Below are positions 21,083-30,977 of a stretch of DNA of 32,803 bases, in pieces. Numbering within the stretch: position 1 is the first letter of the stretch; every line of letters starts with the position of its first letter. The translations under genes and the position numbers were made by a program. Below the pieces are notes generated by a model. It was not told the DNA's origin. It ran no database searches and saw only the letters and a list, made by a program, of their open reading frames with translations. This DNA is from Chrysochromulina tobinii (lineage: Eukaryota), in the NCBI GenBank assembly GCA_001275005.1, contig JWZX01002788.1, positions 1 through 32,803 of the forward strand, written 5' to 3'.

Positions 21083-21914
21083 ATGGACGCCGCTGCCGTC
21101 GCAGGCAACGTCGCCATCGTCACCGGCGGATCCGGCGGCATCGGGCTCGCCGTCTGCCATCGGCTCGCGGCGCGCGGTCGCGAAGCTGGTGCTCGGCTAC
21201 GGCAGCGACGAGAAACGCGCTGCGGCGGCATGCGACGAGCTGCGTACGGCCTACCCTGGCATACGGGTCGTCAGCGTGGGCGGCGACTTGACCACAGACG
21301 CGAGCCGCACGGCGACCGTCGACTTGATCTTTGAGGCGGTCGACGCGCTTGGCGGCAACGTGTCGGCGTTTGTGCACGCGGCGGGCTACTTTGCAGCCGA
21401 CCTGCTCTCGCACCACTTTGATGGCGCGTGCGACGATTTCGCCATGTACGACGCGTACCAGTCCATCTACCCGAAAAGCTTTGTGGCCATCACGGAGAAG
21501 GCGCTGCAGCGGATGGGGCGGGGCGGCCGGATAATCGCGATCAGCAACCCCGGGTGCAACGCGATGCAGACTCCGCGCGTAGGGTACGACATGCCCGGCC
21601 AGGGCAAGGCCACCATGGAATTCGCCGTTCGCATGTACGCGATGCGCACCGCCAAGCGCGGCATCTGCGTCAACGCCGTGTCTCCGGGGTACACCGACAC
21701 CGCCGAATGGGATAAGGCGCGGCTCCAGATGGGAGGCGGCGACCTCGAAAAGGGGCGGGCGATGCTCGACGCGCGCATGCTCGTGCGCTCGCCTATCCAG
21801 CGCTGGGCAGCTCCCGACGAGATCGCCCAGACGGTTGACTTTCTGGTCGGCGAGCAGACGGGCATGATAACGGGCGCGACGATCCCCGTGGACGGCGGTC
21901 TGCACCTGACGTAA
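21083..21914 (+). CDS. Short-chain dehydrogenase/reductase, enoyl-reductase (FabI/FabL)-type, with an apparent +1 frameshift near 21179
   Basis: VAIVTGGSGGIG Rossmann motif, FVHAAG, Y-x6-K (YDMPGQGK), VNAVSPG, ITGATIPVDGG. The N-terminus and the rest are in different frames (GGT[C]GCG AAG). Confidence 0.85.
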
Positions 21915-22560
21915 TTACTGAAGTAACTGACGTAACGATCCATGTGGGGACTGCGGTCTGCACCTGACGTGAGCGAGCGGCGCCGGCGGCGGCGCGAGGC
22001 GCGCGCGTGCGTCGGTGGCGCGCCCTCGGAGCCGATCGGATGCTTTAGCATAATAGCAACCGGGACGCGTGCGATGCTCACCCTCGATCTCGTCTCGCGG
22101 CGACGCGGCGGGGTGCCCCTAGTCCCCTACCACCCGGTCTGCCGCCGCGGAGCGCGGAGGGCTCAGTGTACAGTGATATCGCTCTCGATTCTTCATCGCT
22201 TTGTAACCACTGCAAGTGGACGAGCCGAGGGTGGAGACTTCTCTGATCTCTCCGTGTTTTCCTCCACATGGTTTTCCTCGTAGAAATTTTGAAGAAATAT
22301 CTCCACCGACGAGACGGACCATGCGAGAGCCTCCCGTCGGGGGCGCGGCGCACGATACCGCATACCCATCTAGCACCCGTCTTTCACACTTCACACTAGA
22401 CACTTGTCTCGCGACACCGCACCTCTGACTCAACTCATTCTATTCTCGCCCGTCGCCGAGCGTTACGTATCGTATGCCTTAGTTTTTTCGTACAATCTAA
22501 TATCTATTCGGAAGTAATATTCGACTAGGATGCCGCACATCCACATCGCCGCCATGATAC

Positions 22561-25500
22561 TCAACGTGATGAAGTGCCCTCGAGCGCCTCAATCGCCGTC
22601 TTCACCGCGGACACTAGCTGCGACGCCTCCGCCTCGCCCCGTGGGCCATCGCGGCGCCAACGATCGTCGTCGAGGTGGCGCGCGGCATTTGCCCAAATGC
22701 GGAGCGAGTGCAGCCGATCTTTCAGGTCGGCCCGCATGCTACACTCGCGATGCCAATAGTTGATGCGCTCCTCAAAGCCCTCGGGCGCCTTCGCCGCCCT
22801 CGCTGCATAGATGGCGTCGAGTCGAGACATGACGCTGCTGAACGCGAGCAGCATATTGTCCTTGATGCCCTTGTGCGCATCGGAGCCCTTGCGCATCTCA
22901 CGCACCTGCTTCGAGAGCGGCGTGGGCACGTAGCCAGCCGCCGTGCTCGCGGGCGGCTCCGAGCTTGAAAGCACCGAACCGTCGAGCGCGCCGCGGCCTG
23001 TGCCTCTGCTCCCATCCTCATCAGCCAGGCTTGAGAGCGTCGCCAGTGCAGCGGACACCTTGAGCCTCTTCCGCACACTCGTGCCATGGCACAGACCCGA
23101 AGCAGCAGACCGGACAAGGTCCTTGAATTTCGTTGCCACATGTGGCGGCCAGCCTGCAGTAGCGTCAGCAAGCTGTACTGCATCGATGTCCTCAAAGTCC
23201 TTATCGAAGTCCTCCTCGCACCTAGTGATGATGCTCAGGGGCGAGCGGCCGGTAAGCGCCACGAGCAGCGTGATGCCCAGCGCCCAACCATCCGTCATAG
23301 CTGAGTACGCGCCGCCCTCGACAACGCTCGGGTCCAGATAGCCGCGGGTCAGGTAGAGCGCATTCGACGCGCTCTTCATCTTCGACGCCTCGGTCCCGGC
23401 GTCCATCTTGGCGAAGCCCGTGTCCGCGAGGTAGGCGTTGAGCTCGTCGTCGAGCAGGATGTTCTCGGGCTTGAAGTCGCGATGCACGACGGCACCCTTG
23501 CCGCCAGGCACTCGCGTGTGCAGGTAGAGCAGCGCGTCGGTCGCCTGGCGTAGGATGCGCAGGCGCTGGTGCCACATCAGAGGGCTCAGCGACGCACCGA
23601 GGCCGAGGCGGCGCAGGTGCTCGGAGTCGGCCTCTTTCGGCCACAGCCGATCGGCGAGGCTGCCGCCGCGCATCAGCGGGAAGACGAGGCACGGCGGCGC
23701 CCCGTGCTCCAGACAGTAGCCGAGCAGCGGCAGCACGTGCGGGTGGCTGCACTGCTGCAGCACACTCACCTCGCGCTGCAGGTCGGCGAGATCGTGCACG
23801 CCCGACTTGGCGCGCTTGACGGCGACGGGCTTGTGGCGCAACCAGAGCGGCAGCGCCGCGGGCCGCAGCGACGACAGCGCATCCGCGGTGTAGACGTTGC
23901 CGTAGCCGCCGCTGCCGATGAGCCTCTGCTCTCCAAAGCCGTCCGTCGCCGCCGCAAGCTCGGCGAGCGTGAGGGCGACGGCCGCAGGCGGCGCCGAGGG
24001 TGCCTCCGGGGCCTCCGATGCAGGCGCCGCTTCTGCGGATGCTGAGCCTGCGGCAGGCGGCGACTGTGTGACCTCGAGCAGCGACAGCTTCGACAGGCTG
24101 GATTGCATATCCATCTCCGTCGCGTGCTTGCGACGCAGCTTCTGGCTCTCCTGCTTGCGTTTCTTGTGCAAGCGCTCGCGCATCGCCCTCGCCTCCGCCA
24201 ACACGCCCTCGCTCGCGAGTGCGTGGTGCTCCATGATCGCACCGACCAGGACCTCGTACTGCGCGGCCACCATGGCCACACGAAGCGCCTCGTCGGCGGC
24301 GGCAGAAGGAGCCGGACCCACGACGCCCTCGTCGTCGCCAGCCGCCGCCAACACCTCGTTGTCCGCCTCGGCGCTGCCACTCGCGACCGCTGACGCACTC
24401 GCTGCCGGCGCTCTCGCCTCGCTCGCCCCTTTCTTCTTGGCCTTGGCTTTCTGGCTCGCGTTCGTCTTCTGCGCGCGCTGCTTGTGCGCGCCCTCCGCCT
24501 CCTCCTCGGCCAGCAGAGCCGCAGCGGCAAGCTCGGCTGCCCGCTCGGCTGCCGCACGCTCCGCACTCGACACCGGAGCGACCGCAGCGATCGTCGCAGG
24601 TGCGCGGCGCCGGCTGCGCAGGAATCTTGCGATGATCGTGTGGCCTCCAGCCTCTGCGACATCGAGGGCTGTGCCCGAAGCGCATCGCAAGTCGGTGCGT
24701 GCACCAGCATGCACGAGCAGCTTGACTATGTCGCCGTGGCCTTGGTTGCAGGCGGCGTGCAGAGGCGTGGCGCCCTTGCGGTCTGCCTGGTTGACACTGG
24801 CGTTGGCGGTGAGCAGCATTTGCGCGCAGTCGCCGTGGCCTTTGTTGCAGGCGGCGAGCAGGGGCGTGAAGCCGTCGCAGTCCGCATGGTCGATGGCGGC
24901 GTGGGCGGCGAGCAGCAGCTGCACGCAGTCGCCGTGGCCTCTGTCGCTGGCGGCGAGCAGACGGCGTGTTGCCGTAGCTGGAGGCCTTGTCGACGGCGGC
25001 GTGGGCGGCGAGCAGCAGCCGCGCGCAGTCGCCGTTGCCTTTGACGCAGGCGGCGTACAGAGGCGTGCCGCCTTCGCGGTCTGCCTGGTCGACGACGGCG
25101 TGGGCGTCGAGCAGCAGCCGCACGCAGCCGCCGTCGCAATTGTCGCAGGCGGCGATCAGAGGCGTGGTGCCGTTGCTGTCTGCCTGGTCGACGGTGGCGT
25201 GGGCGGCGAGCAGCAGCCGCACGCAGTCGCCGTGGCTTTTGCGGCAGGCGGCGTGCAGAGGCGTGACGCCCTTGCGGTCTGCCTGGTCGACGGCGGCGTG
25301 GGTGGCGAGCAGCAGCCGCACGCTGTCGCCGTGGCCTTTGTCGCAGGCGGCGTACAGAGGCGTGACGCCGTAGCTGGAGGCCTGGTCGACGGCGGCGTGG
25401 GCGGCGAGCAGCAGCTGCACGCAGTCGCCGTGGCCTTTGTAGCAGGCGGCGTACAGAGGCGTGGCGCCGTCGCTGTCTGCCTGGTCGACGGCGGCGCGGG

Positions 25501-25975
25501 CGGCAAGCAGCAGCTGCGCGCAGTCCCCGTCGCCTTTCATGCAGGCGGCATGCAGAGGTGTGATGCTCCATTTATCAGCCTGGTCGACGGCGGCGTGGGC
25601 GGCGAGCAGCAGCTGCACGCAGTCGCCGTTGCCTTTGTTGCAGGCGGAGATCAGAGGCGTGGTGCCGTTGCGTTCTGCCTGGTCGACGGCGGCGTGGGCG
25701 GCGAGAAGCAGCTGCACGCAGTCGCCGTCGCCTTTGTCGCAGGCGGCGATCAGAGGCGTGACGCCGTTGCTCTCTGCATGGTCGACGGCGGCGTGGGCGG
25801 CGAGAAGCAGCCTCGCGCACTTAGGGTGACCAGTCTCACATGCACTCAGAAGGCTTTTCCCGAGGTCGGCCGCTCCTTTGACGCTGTCGATGAGGCCCAC
25901 GGCCATGGCCTCGTCGCCGCGACGGAGCGCGTCGACGATCGCGTTGGCCTTGACGAGGTTGCCTGTCGCGTCCAT
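22561..25975 (-). CDS. Ankyrin-repeat (x12) + IRAK/Pelle/RLK-like protein kinase + putative HEPN/DUF4145-like C-terminal domain; apparent 1-bp insertion at 24962
   Basis: ANK repeats. LTLAELAAATDGFGEQRLIGSGGYGNVY, VAVKR, HRDFKPENILLD, ADTGFAK, GYLDP, TDGWALG. C-terminal LHSLRIWANAARH. ORFs 23222-25975 and 22561-24924 join if c24962 is removed (gagcagaCggcgtg vs consensus gagcagaggcgtg). Confidence 0.88.
24735..25820 (-). repeat. Tandem 99-bp ankyrin-coding repeat array (about 11 units)
   Basis: 99-bp periodicity of ggtcgacggcggcgtgggcggcgagcagcagc. Confidence 0.9.
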
Positions 25976-26170
25976 TCTCTCGCGCGTGCCAAGTGCGGTT
26001 TTCGCGGCTACAATGTAAACTTTTCGAAATTGCCATCCAGCACGAGCGCCTTTTTACATAGACGTTACATGTAGCCCACAGGATAACGTGACGGCGGTCA
26101 TTGTATGAAATTATGATTCATACTTCTTCATCTCCCCCTGATACTAGCTTGTGTGTGGGTATTTCACGCC

Positions 26171-28106
26171 ATGCCAGTCCCTCGCTGCGGCGCCTCGCAA
26201 ACGAGGTCGTCGTCTCCTCTGCTGCTGCTCACTCTGCTGTCAGGCACGTCGGCAGTGCTGCGTGTGCGTGTGCCACGGATGAACGCGGGCGGTGCCACGA
26301 TTGGAGCTGCCACGCGCTTCTCCATCCTCAGCGGCCGCGTTCTGACGCCCGGCTCCTCTGGCGACGGCTGGTGGGACGGCCGGTGCGCCGCGATGCCGAT
26401 CGTGCTGCCCCCGTCCGCGTCGCGCAGCAAGTGGCAATGCTTCTATTACGGCCGCTCGGACGACAAGTGGAACTGCGGGTTGCCCGCCTTCTTGCCGACG
26501 GGCGTCTCAGGGCTCGCCGAGTCAGACGACGGGCTCACCTGGACGCGCGTCGAGGGTCCCCTGGAGGGCGGCGCCATTCTGCGCCCGTCGGACGCACCCG
26601 ATGCCTTCGACCACGTGCACCTCGGCATGACGGACGTCTTTCCGCTCGCGGGCGGCGCGTACGCAGCACTCTACTTTGGGGGCAGCGCAGATGAGGTGCG
26701 GCTGGGCATGGGGCCCAGCCCTCCTATCCGGGGCTTCAAGATGCGCCCAGGCGCGGCGACCTCGCGCGATGGGCGCGGGCGCGTCTGGGAGCGCGCGCAT
26801 GGATCCAATCCCCTGCTGGACGTAGGCACCTCTGGCACTTGGGATTCCAATTTCGTCTCGTGGCCCCGGGCACTGCCCCTTGACCCCGGGCAGCCGGATG
26901 GCGAGTGGCTCATGACGTATCACGCGCTGCAGCCGCCGGAGGCGGAGGGTGCACCGCCGCGCTGGGCGGTCGGTGCAGCCGTGAGCCAGGATGGTCATCC
27001 GATCGGCCGTTATGCCAAGCTCGAAGGGCCCATCCTCAGTGGAGGCGCACCGGGGAGCTTTGACGAAGCTGGCATTGGCACGCGCCACGTGGTGCACGAT
27101 CCGGCAGGCGCTGTATCGGGCGCTGGGCTCGTGATGGTGTACGAGGGCGTGGGCGCGGACGGTCGCCACCGGCTCGGCATCGCCACCTCGTCCGACGGGC
27201 GTCTGTGGACCAAGGCGGAGGGCTTGGGGCCCGACCCGGGCGGTCCCATCTTTGAAGGCGCTCCGCCCGAGGCCGATGCTTGGGACAATGGCAACGTGGG
27301 TACGCTCGCGAGCACGAGAAGCTCTCCCCTTGGAGCCTGGTCAGCTGCATGCAAGTGCTCACCACGGCGCCCTCTCCTCCCCACAGGTACGCTCGCGAGC
27401 ACGAGGAGCGCCATGCCTGGCGCATGCACGTGCTCATCACGGCGCCCTCGCCCTTCCCCACAGGTACGCCGTGGGTCGTCCCACTGCCGAGCTGCATGCA
27501 CGTGCTCACCACGGCGCCCTCTCCCTTCCCCACACAGGGTACGCCGTGGGTCGTCCCACTGCCGAGCGGCCGTTGGCGCCTGTATTACGTCGGCACGTCG
27601 AGCAAGGGACGCACCGTCGCCATCGGGGCCGCGGAGGCGGATGCGCTCATCACGGCGCGCTGGGCGCGCGTGCCCGTCTCGGCCAGCGGTCTGTGCGTGG
27701 ACGAGCGCGACGGCGCAGGCGAGACTTCCCTCATCCTTGGAGCCTGGCCAGCTGCATGCACGTGCTCACTACGGCGCCTCCTCCTCATCGGGCAGGCGAG
27801 ACTTCCCTCATCCTGGCCGCCGAGCGTGGCGATGCCGGTACGCTCCGCATCCTTCTCGCCGCCGGAGCCGACCCCGGCGCTTCGAGTCGCTCGGGATGGA
27901 CTGCGCTGCATGGCGCGGCCGAGCACGGCAGTGTGCCCATCATCGAGATGCTCGCGGCCGCTGGCGGCGATGTCTCCGCGCTTGCCAAATCGGGCAAGAC
28001 GCCCCTCGACATCGCGCGCCAGTATGCGAGGCCCGAGGCTGCGCAAGCGCTGGAAGCACTCGGCGCAGCAGCGAAAGTCTCGGGCGACACGCCGAGCACC
28101 TTTTGA
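26171..28106 (+). CDS. Five-bladed beta-propeller glycoside hydrolase-like protein (GH32/43/130-like fold) with C-terminal ankyrin repeats. Introns from 27300 (acceptor 27463 or 27537) and 27719-27795 (GC-AG)
   Basis: N-terminal hydrophobic signal. Blade motifs WWDG, GLAESDDGLTWTR, AFDH, WDSNFV, SFDEAGIG, LGIATSSDGRLWTK, AWDNGNVGTPWV..WRLYYVG. ANK motifs GETSLILAAERG, GWTALHGAAEHG, GKTPLDIA. Confidence 0.8.
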
Positions 28107-28402
28107 GTGGACACCTGCCTTTCACGAACAGAAACGCATGTGCAGAAAATCACAAGTTTTCCCCACAGAAATGCTGTCGAGTAAACACCTCTCTTTCCCC
28201 ACAGCACGCTGTTTGACGCTCGGGCAATGCCGCTTCGCTTGTCACTTGTGAATGAGAGGAGAGGTGTTCACTCGGCAGACAGAAATGTCCCTATGCATTC
28301 ACTGCTGCGCGGCCTCTCACTCTCCCGCGGCGCTCGGCCGACCCAGGGGACGGGGCGGAGCGGCTCAATCACTGAGGTCAGAGGTTGAACCTCTGCGGCT
28401 CA

Positions 28403-29973
28403 ATGGCCGACTTGTTACTCGTCCCTGCCGCGGGCGCTGTGCGCTCCTTCCTATTCGGCTGCACCGCCGGCCGCTTGGCCGAGGCATTGCGCGCGCACGG
28501 CATGCGCGACGGGACGACGGTGCCGGCTCCCTTTGCTTTCGGCGCCGCGCTCTCTTGCTTTTGTGTGACGTACCACGTGGTGCGTCTGACTTTGCGATGG
28601 ATCGGCATGGACTCGCGACGGAGCGCCGCCGCCTCTGGAGCCATTGCCGGGTCCATGTTGGCATGCATGCATCCACTCGTCGCTGCAGCACGCTCGGACA
28701 TCCACGCGACGGCCACGATCAGCGCAGGGCACTTGCTGCTGCGACGGCACGCAGCTAGCCGCAGCAGGACGGGACGACGGCGCACTGCTACCAGAGACTA
28801 CGTTGCGGCGGCAGCGCCGGTAGCGGCGGGCTGTGCCTCGAGCTGGGCTCTGCTCCGCGCGACTCGCGATGACGCGCAGCCGCCGCACTCGGGCGCGTCG
28901 CGCATGGAGGGGTGTGTGCCGCGCTTCCTCGTCCTCGAGCTATGGCAGTGGCGCATCATGCCCGTGTCGAACGCACTGGCGGATGCGAGTGCGAGCGCCG
29001 CCGTGAGCGCCGTCTCTTCCGCCGGTGCACCACCGGCGCTCGCCACGCTGGGCGGACGCGTCGTGGCGAGCCGACTCTGCTCCATCCTCGTCGTGCGACT
29101 TCTGAGCGCCGTGACGAGCGCCGGTGGACGCGGCCGAAGCGCCGTTGTGAGCACGATCCTTCTGGAGCTCCGAGCGGAGCTCTGCGAGATGATGATGGAC
29201 GCAATCGCCTCGGCAGCGCTGCTCATCACGACGCTCTCGCTGGCACGCGCGGGCGGCCGCGCCGTGTCCATATTTGGGTGGCTACCTGGACTCTTCCTCT
29301 TGCTGCATGCGACTCCTCGCAGGTGACATGTCCTCTGATGGCCTCAGAGGGTGACCTCTGATGACCTCTGATGACCTCTGATGACCTCTGATGGCCTCTG
29401 ATGACCTCTGATGGCCTCTGATGGCCGCTGATGGCCGCTGATGACCTCTGATGGCCACGGAACGCCACTAATGGACACTGATTGCGCCCTCTTCGCAGAG
29501 AGGACCTTGCTCTTCGGATGAGCTACCAAGCAACTTGGACCCTCGTGCTGGACGGCGCGCACGTGGCCGCTGGCACATGTGGCAGCCTGCCGTTGGGGAG
29601 CGCTGCGGCGGCGCTACTGCGCCCTCTTGCCGCTAGCCTCGAAGCCCTGATGCTCGGGGCGAGCGCGGCTGTCATCCTGCATGAGCACGCCTGTGCTGCC
29701 CGAGACGACGCGAGCGCTCTCAGTCCCCAGGGCTTCCAGATGCTGCACTTACTGCTCGGATACGAGGGCATGTCGCCGGTCGAGCTGGGTGTGGCTCGGC
29801 CCGCTCAGGCTCTGCCGGCCCCCGCACCCGCCACGGCGCCTACTTCGAGCAGCCCGCCGAATCTGAGGACTGAGCCACTCGGAGATCATGTCGGAGATCT
29901 CGGATCTGCATGCTCTGGTGGGTCGTGCGGCCCGACGTGTCACCCCGATCCCGACTCGCGCTCGGCTGGCTGA
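28403..29973 (+). CDS. Hypothetical membrane protein. Exons 28403-29322, 29499-29973
   Basis: Two long ORFs joined in frame by GT-AG intron 29323-29498; several hydrophobic segments; no family motif recognised. Confidence 0.6.
29333..29456 (+). repeat. Intronic 10-mer tandem repeat (cctctgatga/cctctgatgg)n
   Basis: Direct inspection. Related 10-mers fill introns at 8727-8826, 10759-10883, 11640-11825, 11939-12275 and 16316-16570. Confidence 0.9.
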
Positions 29974-30091
29974 AGAACGAGGTTGCGGAATGTCGGCTAG
30001 TCCGTTTGTTGGCACGTTTTGGTTGAAGAATCCCAAACGCTCATCCTAGCGCTTTTTCTATGAATTCACACCCACCTGTGAAATTCGCGTT

Positions 30092-30182
30092 GTCAAGTCA
30101 AGTCTATACAGAAACAACAGACAACCATACGGAAGCTTATCGAATGTGCTCCGGACTTTGACTTGACTTGACTTGACTTGAC
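30092..30182. mobile_element. 91-bp MITE-like insertion with (GTCAA)n/(TTGAC)n terminal inverted repeats and 9-bp TSD attcgcgtt
   Basis: attcgcgtt at 30083-30091 and 30183-30191 flank gtcaagtcaagtc...gacttgacttgac. Confidence 0.68.
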
Positions 30183-30216
30183 ATTCGCGTTGGACACAAA
30201 CTGTCGAACGCCTGAG

Positions 30217-30670
30217 ATGGCGTATTCCCTGGCATCAGAGACGACCAGGACGGTCTGCATACGCCTCATCGATCTGAAATTGATTCGCGCTCAAGCCATC
30301 GGCCGTTCCACACTCTTGCTCACGTCATCAGTCATTCCGTGCGCAGGGAGTCACCATCAGTATGCTTCGTGCGGGCACAAGCGATGGGTATCCGACACAG
30401 TCTCAAAGTGTTGCAGTGCACTACGACGCCTACCTTCCTGACAAATCCAAGTGGGACTCATCGCGCGATCGAGGGCGGCCGTTGCGATTTCGAGTGGGCA
30501 CCGGCATGGTGATTCCCGGCCTCGATGAGGGCATCATGCAGCTCAGCATCGGCGCACGGGCACGGATGGTTATACCAGCTGATTTGGCGTACGGCAAGAA
30601 AGGATTCCCTGGCTTGGTGCCACCGAACACGCCAGTCGAGTTTGACATTGAGTTGATTGAGGTCGTGTGA
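30217..30670 (+). CDS. FKBP-type peptidyl-prolyl cis-trans isomerase (FKBP12-like). Exons 30217-30252, 30347-30670
   Basis: GVTISMLRAG, VAVHYDAYL, WDSSRDRG, VIPGLDEGI, PADLAYG, VPPNTPVEFDIEL. Phase-0 GT-AG intron 30253-30346. Confidence 0.93.
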
Positions 30671-30977
30671 AGACGGTATCTGTTCTTAGGATTAGATGAT
30701 CTGCAGCCGTGTGCCGTCCCCGCGAGCGAGCTGCGCACCGCCGGCTTTTTAGTAGTTGTTAGCACGAAGGAATACTGTTACATCTTCTTATGTACGCATG
30801 CTACTCAAGCCGCGCAACAGAGGGGGCATCGTGGCATGTGGAATGCAGGCCAGATCCATCTTAAGATACTTTTACTTACGAGGATCCCGTACGCGTACCG
30901 CGGCTATCGCCGGGGAACGGGTCACGAAGATCAATAATGTTGAGGTAACGGAGATTATATCTCCGCCTCCTCCCGTC

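Noticed and set aside
23222..24960. Arg-rich C-terminal part of the 917-aa ORF
   Set aside because: Out-of-frame read-through after the 1-bp insertion; the kinase is in the other frame
22300..26170. Possibility that the intronless ANK-kinase gene sits inside a transposon
   Set aside because: No terminal repeats, TSD or transposase seen, and upstream flanks of the two paralogs are not similar
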